Shown: positions 10,677 through 20,255 of the stretch, in pieces
Layout: the number at the start of each line of letters is the position of its first letter
Numbering within the stretch: position 1 is the first letter of the stretch
Source: Spirochaetia bacterium
GTDB lineage: Bacteria > Spirochaetota > Spirochaetia > CADAEX01
NCBI GenBank assembly: GCA_017446885.1
Contig: JAFSOR010000027.1
Coordinates: 38,954-102,953 of the forward strand
Direction of reading: 5' to 3'
Length of the DNA stretch: 64,000 nt
The notes under the pieces: model-generated
What the model was told of the DNA's origin: nothing
Seen by the model: the letters and a program-made list of their open reading frames with translations, nothing else
Databases searched by the model: none
Made by a program: the position numbers and the translations under genes

Positions 10677-11171
10677 TCACCAGGCATAACGGGTAAGGGA
10701 GCCCTGCAGTTTAAGGTCTGGAAAGCCTTTCTGACGCAGTATGTCATAGACTACTATGGCAACAGAATTTGACAGGTTCAAGGATCTGGTCTCGCCCAGC
10801 ATAGGTATGCGTATGCAGGTGTCCCTGTGCTTATATAAAAGCTCCTCGGGCAATCCCTTGGTCTCCTTGCCGAAGAATACGAAGCATTTATCGGGATACT
10901 CTATCGCAGAATAGGTGTTAAGCCCTTTGGTGGTGACATAGTAGCACCCGGCACTGCCGTTTTTGGCATAGAAATCTTCTATATTGGAATAGACCGAGAT
11001 TTCGGCCATAGGCCAGTAGTCAAGCCCTGCCCTTTTAAGATACCTGTCCTTTAGCGAGAACCCCAGGGGCTCTATAAGATGGAGATGTGCACCGGTAGCC
11101 GCACAGGTGCGGACAATGTTTCCAGTGTTCTGGGGAATTTCTGGTTCCAGAAGGACAACGTTAAGATTCAT
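10677..11171 (-). CDS. trmL: tRNA (cytidine/uridine-2'-O)-methyltransferase TrmL (SpoU/TrmH family)
   Basis: 164 aa. N-terminal NVVLLEPEIPQNTGNIVRTC and C-terminal SLNLSNSVAIVVY. Confidence 0.85.
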   Translation of the reverse strand: MNLNVVLLEPEIPQNTGNIVRTCAATGAHLHLIEPLGFSLKDRYLKRAGLDYWPMAEISVYSNIEDFYAKNGSAGCYYVTTKGLNTYSAIEYPDKCFVFFGKETKGLPEELLYKHRDTCIRIPMLGETRSLNLSNSVAIVVYDILRQKGFPDLKLQGSLTRYAW

Positions 11172-11204
11172 ACTAAGTCATCCTGAACTTGTTTCAGGAT
11201 CTTC

Positions 11205-11232
11205 AAAAAAAAGACCGGACTTTAATCCGGCC
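11205..11232 (-). terminator. Rho-independent terminator after the 74-aa gene
   Basis: Minus strand: CCGGA-ttaaag-TCCGG followed by T8. Confidence 0.45.
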
Positions 11233-11252
11233 TTCTCTCTTTTAAAATATAA

Positions 11253-11477
11253 TTATTTCTGTTTACCAACTGGTGTGCACTCTTCGCACTTGCACGCAGG
11301 ACAATGCTTGAAGTGCTGCCATTCGTCTTTAAGGACAACTTTTCCACAGCTGTTGCATTTTACTTTTCTGTTAGCCATCTTAAGTTTCCAGCAGAAAATC
11401 GATCCAAGAATACCAACAAGAATACCAATAGCAATAATATCCTTAACTGTACTGCTCATTAAAGTCATTTTTTTCAC
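11253..11477 (-). CDS. small membrane protein with a C-terminal zinc-ribbon-like Cys cluster
   Basis: 74 aa. One TM helix (IIAIGILVGILGSIF), then CNSCGK...CPACKCEEC. Confidence 0.45.
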   Translation of the reverse strand: MKKMTLMSSTVKDIIAIGILVGILGSIFCWKLKMANRKVKCNSCGKVVLKDEWQHFKHCPACKCEECTPVGKQK

Positions 11478-11554
11478 CCCGAAAATTTTCTTTAAGATTT
11501 TAATTTATTTTACTTTTTTATATTTTGGCTGTCAATGTTTAAATTATAGAAGTT

Positions 11555-11929
11555 TTACAGTTTGTATGACAGTTTTTTGCGCCAATCCCCGATATTTTCT
11601 TTGTTCTCGAAGTCAATTTTCTTTTTTATCTCAAATCCTGCCGGATTTTGGGAATTTTTCCTAATTATGCCGAAATTACCCCCGCCAAGGTATGCAATAG
11701 TATCGCCATCTTCCAGGGTCTCCGATTCCTCAAGTTTTTTCATGACACAGTCGAAATGGGCTGGCTCGCCGCTTTCAGGCAGGGCCAGAGAGGATGCTGT
11801 CTCGCTTATGACCTCGCCGCAAAGGGCGCAGGTCAGCTCCTCTTTCTCGGGATATATTATAGAGATATCTCTGTTTATGTGTCTGCGTCTGGAATCACGC
11901 CTGAAATTTCTTTTATCCCTGTCGTTCAT
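11555..11929 (-). CDS. hypothetical basic/Cys-containing protein
   Basis: ORF of 130 aa. The start is more likely at MNDRDKRNF. Contains CALCGE...HFDC. Confidence 0.45.
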   Translation of the reverse strand: MNDRDKRNFRRDSRRRHINRDISIIYPEKEELTCALCGEVISETASSLALPESGEPAHFDCVMKKLEESETLEDGDTIAYLGGGNFGIIRKNSQNPAGFEIKKKIDFENKENIGDWRKKLSYKL

Positions 11930-12071
11930 TTTTTTCCTGCATCTCAAGAATCTCGCCAGAAAGCACCCAGGAGATCTGCTCCACAGCAGTCTCGATGTAA
12001 TCTGCCGTGTTCACCTCTTTTTTAAGCTCTTCAAGCCGCTCTATAGCTGTCTCTTTTGCTACCCTGGACAT
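11913..12071 (-). CDS. possible 52-aa helical small protein
   Basis: My translation gives MSRVAKETAIERLEELKKEVNTADYIETAVEQISWVLSGEILEMQEKNERQG. Its ATG overlaps the yraN stop and its end overlaps the next ATG. It is below the track cutoff. Confidence 0.3.
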   Translation of the reverse strand: MSRVAKETAIERLEELKKEVNTADYIETAVEQISWVLSGEILEMQEKNERQG

Positions 12072-12427
12072 CAATAATCTCCGAAAGCATCTTTGATATG
12101 GGTAATTTTTCCCTCGCCATCCACGAATAACACATCGTAGCGGATTGTCTTGCTGCGGCTCAAAGCTGGGTTCTGAAGCATAAAGACCTGAGATACTGCC
12201 TTAATACGGTGCTGCTTTCGCGCATCTATGCTTTTCTCCAGATCCGCAAACGGCAGATTTTTCCAAGCCTTTACCTCTACAAACACCAAATCGCAACCTG
12301 ATGTCATGACCAGGTCAATCTCACCAGGATGCGCTTTGAAGTTCCGGGCAACGAGGGTATATCCCCTTTCTATAAGATACTTTTCGGCAGATTCTTCGCC
12401 AATTTTACCTTTTTTAAAGGTATTCAT
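12071..12427 (-). CDS. yraN: YraN-family endonuclease (UPF0102)
   Basis: 118 aa. GEIDLV...FVEVK motif. Confidence 0.85.
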   Translation of the reverse strand: MNTFKKGKIGEESAEKYLIERGYTLVARNFKAHPGEIDLVMTSGCDLVFVEVKAWKNLPFADLEKSIDARKQHRIKAVSQVFMLQNPALSRSKTIRYDVLFVDGEGKITHIKDAFGDY

Positions 12428-12437
12428 CAGAAAAGTT

Positions 12438-12800
12438 TTATTTTGCCTCTTCCTTTTTCTTGATCAGCTCTTTGATCTTGGCAGCCTTACCAACTCTGTC
12501 TCTAAGATAGTAGAGTTTAGAGCGGCGGACTTTTCCGTATTTAACAACCTCGATTTTCTGAATTCTAGGTGAGTTGAACGGGAACACTCTCTCTACGCCG
12601 ACGCCGAATGACATCTTGCGGACTGTGAATGACTTTCTAAGTCCTGAGTTGTTCTTTGCTATGCAGACACCTTCGAATACCTGAACTCTCTCTGTGGTGC
12701 CCTCGATGATCTTGAAGAATACTTTGATTGTGTCACCGATTCCGAAAATCTCCACATTGTCCTTTATCTGTTCTGCCTCAATTGCTTTAATCAGATCCAT
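12438..12800 (-). CDS. rplS: 50S ribosomal protein L19
   Basis: 120 aa, typical L19 sequence, in the conserved trmD-rplS context. Confidence 0.95.
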   Translation of the reverse strand: MDLIKAIEAEQIKDNVEIFGIGDTIKVFFKIIEGTTERVQVFEGVCIAKNNSGLRKSFTVRKMSFGVGVERVFPFNSPRIQKIEVVKYGKVRRSKLYYLRDRVGKAAKIKELIKKKEEAK

Positions 12801-13488
12801 TCTGATTTCCTCCTATATGTTCAGGTCCCAGAAGATCAGGCCTGTTCATTTTTGTTTTCTCGAGGCTTTTCATAAGCCTCCAATCCCGTATGTTCTTATG
12901 ATGCCCCGAAAGAAGCACTTCCGGCACCTTCATGCCGCGGAACACCTCGGGCCTGGTATACTGGGGATACTCCAAAAGCCCGTTGGAAAAGCTCTCCTCC
13001 TCCAGGGACTCCTTGCTTATGACACCGTCGAACAGGCGGTATACAGCATCCACAATAACCAGCGATGCTATCTCTCCGGAAGATATCACATAATCTCCGA
13101 TACAGATCTCATCATCAACATAACTGTCAATTATCCGTTGGTCAATACCCTCGTACCGGCCACAGATAAAAACCAGTTCTTCCTCCTCTGCCAGAGCAGA
13201 GGCATATTTCTGACTAAACAGCTTCCCACTGGGGGAAGGATATATAGTCCTTATGGAGGATGCATTCACGGAGTCCAAAGCCCGGGCCAACGGCTCGGTC
13301 TTCATGACCATGCCGGCTCCTCCGCCGTAGGGGTAGTCGTCGCAGCTCTTGTATTTGTCCAGGCAGAAACTGCGGATATCCACAACCTGGCAGGTTATGA
13401 TACCTTTCTCCACCGCCTTGGCCATTATGGAGCTCTTAAAATACCCCTCTATAATTTCTGGAAACAGAGTCAGAATAGTAAACTTCAT
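12787..13488 (-). CDS. trmD: tRNA (guanine37-N1)-methyltransferase
   Basis: 233 aa. Motifs [13 protein letters not shown] and GRYEGIDQR. Confidence 0.95.
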   Translation of the reverse strand: MKFTILTLFPEIIEGYFKSSIMAKAVEKGIITCQVVDIRSFCLDKYKSCDDYPYGGGAGMVMKTEPLARALDSVNASSIRTIYPSPSGKLFSQKYASALAEEEELVFICGRYEGIDQRIIDSYVDDEICIGDYVISSGEIASLVIVDAVYRLFDGVISKESLEEESFSNGLLEYPQYTRPEVFRGMKVPEVLLSGHHKNIRDWRLMKSLEKTKMNRPDLLGPEHIGGNQNGSD

Positions 13489-14009
13489 TCAAAAAACCAT
13501 GTTTCCTTAAGTCCGATAGTCTTGCTCTTTATGTCCACATCGCCTATGAACTGATCCAGGAAAGGAACCAGCACGGTCCGCTTTTTCCCATCCTTATCTG
13601 GTTCGCATTCAATCTCAAGAAGTGCAGAGGCTCCGTTGTCTATAACCGACTTGACCACCCCCATCCGGCTTCCTTCGAAAAGCAGAACACTACCGAACAG
13701 ATCACAATAATAAAATTCTCCCTCCTCTAAAGGAGAGGCAAACTCCCGGGGCACCACGATGTCCCAGGTCGCATACATCTTTGCAGCTTCCGGGCTGTCC
13801 AAAGTCTTAAGCTTAAGCAGGATATCGCCATTTAAAACCTGCACCTTCTCCACGCTGAACCGTTTCTGCACATTCCCTTTCTTAAGAAAGACTTCCTTAA
13901 GCTTTAGAAAATGGTCGGTCTCGCCAGAATAGCTTGAAACCTTGATATCCCCTTTCACTCCATAGGAGGTTCTCACCAGTCCTATGGCAATCAGATCCTG
14001 CCCTTCCAC
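13485..14009 (-). CDS. rimM: ribosome maturation factor RimM
   Basis: 174 aa. GxxxxxxGxKG N-terminus. Operon context. Confidence 0.9.
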   Translation of the reverse strand: MEGQDLIAIGLVRTSYGVKGDIKVSSYSGETDHFLKLKEVFLKKGNVQKRFSVEKVQVLNGDILLKLKTLDSPEAAKMYATWDIVVPREFASPLEEGEFYYCDLFGSVLLFEGSRMGVVKSVIDNGASALLEIECEPDKDGKKRTVLVPFLDQFIGDVDIKSKTIGLKETWFFE

Positions 14010-14017
14010 CTGCTGCC

Positions 14018-14257
14018 TCAGTCGAGAATTTCCAGCACCACCCTTTTTCCAGTCTTGGATGCAGCCGCACTCAGCACAGTACGTACAGCCTTGGCAATCC
14101 GACCATGTTTTCCGATTACCTTGCCGATATCATCCTGCGAAACCCTGAGCTCAAGAATGGTGGATTTTTCCCCTTCGATTATGCTTACGCTTACATTTTC
14201 GGGGTCATCCACAAGGGACTTTGCGATATATTCCACAAGATCCTTTTCCAAATTCAT
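14018..14257 (-). CDS. KH-domain RNA-binding protein (YlqC family)
   Basis: 79 aa. VIGKHGRIAKAVRTV GXXG motif. Lies between rpsP and rimM. Confidence 0.85.
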   Translation of the reverse strand: MNLEKDLVEYIAKSLVDDPENVSVSIIEGEKSTILELRVSQDDIGKVIGKHGRIAKAVRTVLSAAASKTGKRVVLEILD

Positions 14258-14269
14258 GGGACACTCCCC

Positions 14270-14518
14270 TTATTTTACAGAGATGTTCTGCTTGTTAAGG
14301 AGTTTCTTCACTGTCTGACTTGGTAAAGCACCTTTGGCAATCCATGCCTTGATCTTTTCTGCATCAAGAGTAATCTGATTCTCTGCCTCGATAGGATGAT
14401 ACTGTCCAAGCTCTTCCAGAGTCCTTCCATCCCGTGGTGCACGTGAATCAACAGCTACTACTCTGTAGTAAACTCTCTTCTTTGTTCCGAACCGTTTCAG
14501 TCTGATTTTTACGCTCAC
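14270..14518 (-). CDS. rpsP: 30S ribosomal protein S16
   Basis: 82 aa. MSVKIRLKRFGTKKRVYYRVV. Confidence 0.95.
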   Translation of the reverse strand: MSVKIRLKRFGTKKRVYYRVVAVDSRAPRDGRTLEELGQYHPIEAENQITLDAEKIKAWIAKGALPSQTVKKLLNKQNISVK

Positions 14519-14547
14519 TTCAACTTCCTCCTGTTTCTCTATTCAAC

Positions 14548-15876
14548 TCAACTGCCGAACCTTGCCATAAGATCCGACTGGTATTTCTTGTTTTTAGAGA
14601 CTTTTTTCATCATAAGTCTCGTTTTATCGAATTTTTTAAGGAAACTGTTCACCTCGCCAACAGAGGTGCCGCTTCCTTTTGCTATGCGCTTTCTTCTGGA
14701 AGGGCCTATAATGCGGTGATTCTGCCGTTCCATCTTGGTCATGGAAAGGATTATGGCCTCTTCTTTCTTCATCTCCTGGCCGTCCAGCTTGTCCTCGTCT
14801 ATGTTGCCCTTCAAGCCTGGAATCATCTCCACCATAGACTTGAGGCTGCCCATCTTGCGGATTTTGGCAAACTGCTCAAGGTAATCTTCCAATGTGAATG
14901 TGGCCTTGTTTATCTTTTCCTGAAGCTTTGCTGCCTCTTCGGCATCCACCTGCTCCTGAGCCTTCTCTACAAACGAGACAATATCGCCCATACCCAGGAT
15001 ACGGGAGGCAATACGGTCTGGATAGAAAACGTCAAGATCCTGAATCTTCTCGCCTGTACCTATGAACTTGATAGGCTGCCCTGTTATGGTCTTGAGTGAG
15101 AGGGCTGCACCGCCGCGGGTGTCGGAGTCGAACTTGCTCAGGATTATACCTGTTATGCCGATGCGCTCGTTGAACTCCTTGGCTATGTCCACCGCATGCT
15201 GACCTGTCATGGCATCTGCAACCAAGAGGGCATCCACAGGGTCCAGGACCTTCTTTATATCCTCAAGCTCCTGCATCATGCTGTCGTCCAGATGCAGACG
15301 GCCCGATGTATCGGCTATAAGTACATTGAACTGATTCTTATTCGCATAGTTAAGTGCATTCTTTACCACAGCCACCGGATTCTTGGAATCCTCGCTGTAT
15401 ACTTCCACCTCTATCTGGCTTCCCAGCACTTTAAGCTGCTCTACAGCGGCAGGCCGTACCAGGTCGGCTGCAACCAGGAGCACCTTGCGTCCCTCTTTCT
15501 TGAGCTTGTATGCCAGCTTGGCCGAGGCTGTGGTCTTACCAGAACCCTGGAGACCCAGCATAAGAATAGGGGAAAGGGTATCGGGACCTTTCAGCTGCAG
15601 ATCCTGCTTCTGGTCGCCCAGGAAGGAGACCATCTTGTCGTAGACAATCTTGGTGAACTGCTGGCCTGGATTTACAGAGCGCAGAACCTTCTCGCCTACA
15701 GCCTCTTCCAGTGTGGAATTGATGAAACGGCGTACAACACGCAGGTTCACGTCGGCGTCAAGGAGTGCGACTTTGATCTCTTCTACTGCATCCTGTACGT
15801 TCTTCTCCGATATGGATGCCTTGCCCGAGATTCTTCTGATCAGATCACTGAATTTGTTCGAAATTCCGTCTAGCAT
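14548..15876 (-). CDS. ffh: signal recognition particle protein Ffh
   Basis: 442 aa. GLQGSGKTT P-loop, DTSGR, and a Met-rich M domain. Confidence 0.97.
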   Translation of the reverse strand: MLDGISNKFSDLIRRISGKASISEKNVQDAVEEIKVALLDADVNLRVVRRFINSTLEEAVGEKVLRSVNPGQQFTKIVYDKMVSFLGDQKQDLQLKGPDTLSPILMLGLQGSGKTTASAKLAYKLKKEGRKVLLVAADLVRPAAVEQLKVLGSQIEVEVYSEDSKNPVAVVKNALNYANKNQFNVLIADTSGRLHLDDSMMQELEDIKKVLDPVDALLVADAMTGQHAVDIAKEFNERIGITGIILSKFDSDTRGGAALSLKTITGQPIKFIGTGEKIQDLDVFYPDRIASRILGMGDIVSFVEKAQEQVDAEEAAKLQEKINKATFTLEDYLEQFAKIRKMGSLKSMVEMIPGLKGNIDEDKLDGQEMKKEEAIILSMTKMERQNHRIIGPSRRKRIAKGSGTSVGEVNSFLKKFDKTRLMMKKVSKNKKYQSDLMARFGS

Positions 15877-15959
15877 AGCTAATATATTACCCTAGAGTAT
15901 TATTTTATATACAAAAAGCAAGGTTTATGTCAACCACCAGCGGGGATACCTGCTGTGCC

Positions 15960-15988
15960 TTGACTTATAAAAATACTGATACTATAAT
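15960..15988 (+). promoter_or_regulatory. sigma70-type promoter for the 16.0-21.6 kb operon
   Basis: TTGACT, 17 nt spacer, TATAAT; about 12 nt upstream of the first candidate start codon. Confidence 0.5.
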
Positions 15989-15999
15989 ATAAGTTTAGA

Positions 16000-17316
16000 G
16001 TGGAGATAGTTGTGAACCCACAGGATGACGAACTTGTATTTGCAGATGAACTCACCTTTGCCGACGAGGACAAAGCGCCGCATCAGCCACAGGACAACCA
16101 GGAGCCAGAAAAAGCGTGGAAAGTGCTTGTGGTGGACGACGAGCCCCAGGTGCACACCGTAACCAAGCTGGTTCTGCGGGATCTGACATTCAAGGGGCGC
16201 AAAATCGAGTTCTGCGACGCCTACTCTGCCGCCGAGGCCAAGAAGGTGCTGGCCGAGAATCCCGATATCTGTCTGGCCCTGGTAGATGTGGTCATGGAAG
16301 AGGACGACGCCGGACTGCACCTGGTGGAATACATCAGGGATATAATGAACAACAAGGCTATCCGCATCATACTCCGCACCGGCCAGCCTGGATATGCACC
16401 CGAGAAAGAAGTAATAATCGACTACGACATCAACGACTACAAGGAAAAAACCGAGATGTCGGCACAGAAACTCATAACCTGTGTGATAACTGCAATACGC
16501 AACTACGAATATATCGACGCCCTTAACAAGCTGACAGCCGAACTGGAGCAGAAGGTGGCAGACCGGGTTGCCGAACTGGACGAATCCAACCGCAAGCTGC
16601 TCGAGGACCAGGAGGCTGGCAAGAAGCTTCAGAACAAGATTCTGCCCAAGCCAGAGAAAGAGATAGGTCCATACCTTTTCTCGAGCCGCCTGTTCCCATC
16701 GCTGGTCTTAAGCGGCGACTTCATCGACTATTTCTCAATCTCAAGCCGCTATATAGGCTTCTACATGGCAGATGTGTCGGGCCATGGAATATCTTCGGCA
16801 ATAGTCACAGTGCTGCTCAAGAACTTCATAGACAATAAAGTCGAGAAATTTGCCCTGTGGGATGACCAGACTGTCCTGAATCCGCAGGAGATTTGCACAA
16901 GGATAAACAGTATCCTGCTCCGAGAGAACCTGGGCAAATACCTGACCATCTTCTACGGAATCATAGACATGGAGACCAACACGCTAAGCTATGCAAACTG
17001 CGGTCAGTTCCCATACCCTGCATTCGTATCGGGAGGCGAAAAGAAATTCCTGATGGAGAAAGGTACCCCTGTGGGGCTTTTCAAATCTCCTGTAATCAAG
17101 ACCAGCTCGATACAGCTTCCGGAACACTTTTGCATGCTTTTGTCATCGGACGGGCTTTTAGATATTCTGGATGGCGACCTTGATGCAAAAAGCAGCAAAA
17201 TCCTGACCGAACTGGCCGAGAAAGGGGATTCGCTTGAAAGCCTTGTAGAAAGCTTCAAAGTGCAGCAGCATGGCAACCTGCCGGATGATATAACATTCAT
17301 GCTGATAAGGAAGTAG
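16000..17316 (+). CDS. response-regulator receiver fused to a PP2C/SpoIIE-type serine phosphatase (RsbU-like)
   Basis: 438 aa. REC domain (KVLVVDDEP...DVVMEEDDAG...DYKEK), a coiled linker, and PP2C motifs SGDFIDYF, ADVSGHG, SSDGLLD. GTG start at 16000 or 16012. Confidence 0.85.
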   Translation: MEIVVNPQDDELVFADELTFADEDKAPHQPQDNQEPEKAWKVLVVDDEPQVHTVTKLVLRDLTFKGRKIEFCDAYSAAEAKKVLAENPDICLALVDVVMEEDDAGLHLVEYIRDIMNNKAIRIILRTGQPGYAPEKEVIIDYDINDYKEKTEMSAQKLITCVITAIRNYEYIDALNKLTAELEQKVADRVAELDESNRKLLEDQEAGKKLQNKILPKPEKEIGPYLFSSRLFPSLVLSGDFIDYFSISSRYIGFYMADVSGHGISSAIVTVLLKNFIDNKVEKFALWDDQTVLNPQEICTRINSILLRENLGKYLTIFYGIIDMETNTLSYANCGQFPYPAFVSGGEKKFLMEKGTPVGLFKSPVIKTSSIQLPEHFCMLLSSDGLLDILDGDLDAKSSKILTELAEKGDSLESLVESFKVQQHGNLPDDITFMLIRK

Positions 17317-17325
17317 GGAGTTCAG

Positions 17326-17820
17326 ATGGGAAACTACTATTTTGCAAAGGATGGCGACAAAGTTTATTTCAAGCTGACAGGTGTGCTCAAATACACATCA
17401 TGCGGCCATTTCGACGCATTCCTTGACGACTTCATAGCCCACGCATCGGATGTGGAGTCGGTTGCAATAGACCTGACCGAGGCGACATTCCTGGACAGCA
17501 CCAACTTAGGCTTTTTGGCCAAGATAGCCCAGTTCATGCTGGACAAGAACGGCAGCACCACCACTATCTACTCCACCGACAAAGATGTCAATCAGACACT
17601 GCGCGGAGTAGGCTTTGACCAGGTGTTCAACCTGGTTGAGGATAAATCGAACCTGGACAAAATCTTCGGCGAGATAGAAGCTGACAAATTCGAGAAAAAG
17701 GACAAGACCATAATGATGCTTTCTGCCCACCGCTGCCTGATGAATATAAACGAGAAAAACCAGCAGACATTCAAGGATGTGGTAAGCCTGATGGAGCAGA
17801 GTCTTAAGAGCAAGCTCTGA
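17326..17820 (+). CDS. STAS-domain protein (anti-sigma-factor-antagonist-like) with a C-terminal extension
   Basis: 164 aa. DLTEATFLDSTNLGFL resembles the SpoIIAA/RsbV phospho-Ser segment (DLS..SFMDSSGLG). Confidence 0.7.
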   Translation: MGNYYFAKDGDKVYFKLTGVLKYTSCGHFDAFLDDFIAHASDVESVAIDLTEATFLDSTNLGFLAKIAQFMLDKNGSTTTIYSTDKDVNQTLRGVGFDQVFNLVEDKSNLDKIFGEIEADKFEKKDKTIMMLSAHRCLMNINEKNQQTFKDVVSLMEQSLKSKL

Positions 17821-17824
17821 TACC

Positions 17825-19144
17825 ATGCCATCTATTCTTTCGGTAAAAAACCTGTCATTCAGATATCCCTCGTACCCCGGCCTTGAGAGCAAACCACTAT
17901 TCAACAACCTTTCGTTTGACCTGGAGAAAGGGAGCATGACAGTATTCCTGGCCCTGCCGGGAGCGGGGAAAACCACCCTGTCGCGCATACTCACAGGCCT
18001 GGTTCCGGCCTACACAGGAGGCGAGCTTTCGGGCTCCATAGAGAAAAACGGAACTACCGGCATTGTGTTCCAGAACCCCGATGAAGAGCTTTTCTGCAGC
18101 ACCGCCGAGAAAGAGGTGGTTTTCCCGCTTGAAAACGCAGCCCTGCCACGGGAGGAAATCGCATTCCGCGCCGATATGGCATTCCAGAAAACTGGCATAG
18201 AATACCTGCGTTTCAAAAAACCTATCCACCTGTCGGGGGGCGAGAAGCGGCGGCTTTTAATAAGCGTTCTGTTTGCCACCGACCCTGACATATGGATTCT
18301 GGATGAAACCCTGGAAGAGATTGATATCCTGGGCCGGGAAGAGATTCTCTCCTTTCTTAAAAAAAGCGGGAAAACCATACTCATACTCACAGCCAAAATG
18401 CTTGATGTATACAAAAAATATGCCGACAACTTCATCGTTTACAGCGGAGATTATTCACTTGACGAACCGCTGCCGGATGAGGAGACGATAAAAGCCCTGG
18501 AGGGTAATACTTTTCAAAATCCACTTTTAAAAGTTGAAAATATCCGTTTTACCTACCCCGATTCAGATTTTACACTCAGCATAGACCAATTTGTTCTGGC
18601 ACAGGGGAAAACTACCGCAGTAATAGGCACAAACGGCTGCGGAAAATCCACCCTGTCCCGCATCATAGCGGGGCTGCTTGTTCCGGCAGCGGGCAAGGTC
18701 CTGCTGTTTGGAGCAGAAGGAGGAGCCGAAAAGCTTAACCGGAACTGCTCGTACCTCTTCCAGAACCCCGACTACCAGCTGTTCCTCCCCACAGCACGGG
18801 CCGAGCTGGAATATGGCCTTAAACTGCAAAAACTTTGCGCCGCCGAAATCGAGGAAAAGGTACATAAGGCAATAGAAGTATTCGGCATAGAGCACCCCGA
18901 CGCACCCCCTGTCCTTATGAGCTACGGCCAGCGTAAAAAGCTTCAGGCGGCCATATACTGGCTACTGGAGAAAAAAATAGTAATCATAGACGAGGCCGAT
19001 TCAGGCATATCATCAAAGGAATATCGCCAGATTATAGATGCATTCAAAAGCTCGCAGGCAAACCCGGCCATACTGGTTATAACCCACGATATAAAGCTGG
19101 CATCCCAAGTTGCAGACAAGATATTCAGGATGGGCGCTTTATGA
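17825..19144 (+). CDS. ECF-type ABC ATPase with two fused NBDs (EcfA1-EcfA2-like)
   Basis: 439 aa. NBD1 has PGAGKTT, LSGGEKRR, ILDE. NBD2 has GTNGCGKST, MSYGQRKK, IIDEADSG, ITHD. FQNPD motifs typical of the CbiO/EcfA family. Confidence 0.85.
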   Translation: MPSILSVKNLSFRYPSYPGLESKPLFNNLSFDLEKGSMTVFLALPGAGKTTLSRILTGLVPAYTGGELSGSIEKNGTTGIVFQNPDEELFCSTAEKEVVFPLENAALPREEIAFRADMAFQKTGIEYLRFKKPIHLSGGEKRRLLISVLFATDPDIWILDETLEEIDILGREEILSFLKKSGKTILILTAKMLDVYKKYADNFIVYSGDYSLDEPLPDEETIKALEGNTFQNPLLKVENIRFTYPDSDFTLSIDQFVLAQGKTTAVIGTNGCGKSTLSRIIAGLLVPAAGKVLLFGAEGGAEKLNRNCSYLFQNPDYQLFLPTARAELEYGLKLQKLCAAEIEEKVHKAIEVFGIEHPDAPPVLMSYGQRKKLQAAIYWLLEKKIVIIDEADSGISSKEYRQIIDAFKSSQANPAILVITHDIKLASQVADKIFRMGAL

Positions 19145-19848
19145 AAAAACCGTTCCTCTATCTTGCAGACCCACGCCTTAAGCTCATACTTGTTATGCTT
19201 TATACCGCCGCATTCTTCTGCCCTGTTTCGGCCACAAGATATGCCCTTTTGCTTGTTCCTGTGCTGATATCGGGCTTTATCACCTGCGGCTTTAGGCAGT
19301 TTTTGTCGGTATTCAAGCTGATTCTGCCCCTCATTATCCTTACAGCTATCCTTACTCCGCTGTTCTCAGGCATACATGAGACAGTCCGCATAATCCTGCG
19401 GTTTATAGGCATAACAGCCCTGTTCTTCCTGTACTTCAAGACAACAGATTCTGATGAATTCATACAGACCCTGCGCTTTTTCGGCATGCCATACCGTCTT
19501 GCGCTGGTCATCTCCATATCCACCAGCTATATTCCCCTGCTGCTTGAGACCTGGCACGATGCTCAGGCTGCCCACAAGCTGCGCTACACCGAAAACTGCC
19601 CGCCAGTAAGCAGATGGAACTTCATAGCCCGCTTCTGCTCTATCCTGCCAGTTCTTTCTTCGGTGCTGATCCAGGCGGTAAAGAGTATTCCTACACTTGC
19701 CATGGCACTTGAAATAAGGGGTGTGGGCAAGGCAAAACCCACTGTTTTCCGCCCTATCCCGCTTAAAAAACCGTTATACTTACAATTATTGTTGTATTTT
19801 ATCCCGATTACTGTTATAATTTTAATATTGGTGATTTATGCAGCTTAA
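19141..19848 (+). CDS. ECF transporter transmembrane T component (EcfT/CbiQ family)
   Basis: 235 aa, polytopic. Contains the A-x-x-x-R motif region (ALEIRGVG). ATGA overlap with the ATPase gene. Confidence 0.8.
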   Translation: MKKPFLYLADPRLKLILVMLYTAAFFCPVSATRYALLLVPVLISGFITCGFRQFLSVFKLILPLIILTAILTPLFSGIHETVRIILRFIGITALFFLYFKTTDSDEFIQTLRFFGMPYRLALVISISTSYIPLLLETWHDAQAAHKLRYTENCPPVSRWNFIARFCSILPVLSSVLIQAVKSIPTLAMALEIRGVGKAKPTVFRPIPLKKPLYLQLLLYFIPITVIILILVIYAA

Positions 19849-20251
19849 TTTTTCTATACCTGGCGATGATATGGACATGGCTGGAATCGCATCCAGCACA
19901 CTTAAGAAGAAACTCCAGCAGATTGGCGTTGACAACTCTGTCATAAAGCGGACAGTGGTTGCTCTGTACGAGGCCGAGATAAACATGGTCATCCATGGCG
20001 GAGGCGGCGATATTACCATCACTGTATCTCCTACCGAGATACAGTGCGAGCTTACCGACCACGGCCCTGGAATCGCCGATGTAAACCTGGCCATGCAGGA
20101 GGGTTATTCAACAGCCACCGATGCCATCCGCGAGATGGGCTTCGGAGCAGGTATGGGACTTCCAAACATCCAGCGGAACTCGGACCACATGGAGATACAT
20201 ACAGTCCCAGGCGAGGGCACTACAGTCAAGATAATGATTAAGATAGGATGA
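19838..20251 (+). CDS. RsbW/SpoIIAB-like anti-sigma regulatory factor (HATPase_c Ser/Thr kinase)
   Basis: 137 aa. N-box EAEINMVIHG, G1 DHGPGI, G2 GFGAGMGL. Confidence 0.8.
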   Translation: MQLNFSIPGDDMDMAGIASSTLKKKLQQIGVDNSVIKRTVVALYEAEINMVIHGGGGDITITVSPTEIQCELTDHGPGIADVNLAMQEGYSTATDAIREMGFGAGMGLPNIQRNSDHMEIHTVPGEGTTVKIMIKIG

Positions 20252-20255
20252 CAGG

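Noticed and set aside
10573-10689. 38-aa plus-strand ORF with an AAGGAG SD between leuS and trmL
   Set aside because: It is too short and of low complexity, and it overlaps the trmL 3' end. Nothing supports it beyond the SD. It would be worth a look only if Ribo-seq data exist.
11180-11200. 8-bp hairpin (atcctgaa-cttg-ttcaggat) overlapping the trmL SD region
   Set aside because: It could be a translational attenuator, but a single short hairpin without conservation data is not enough to call.
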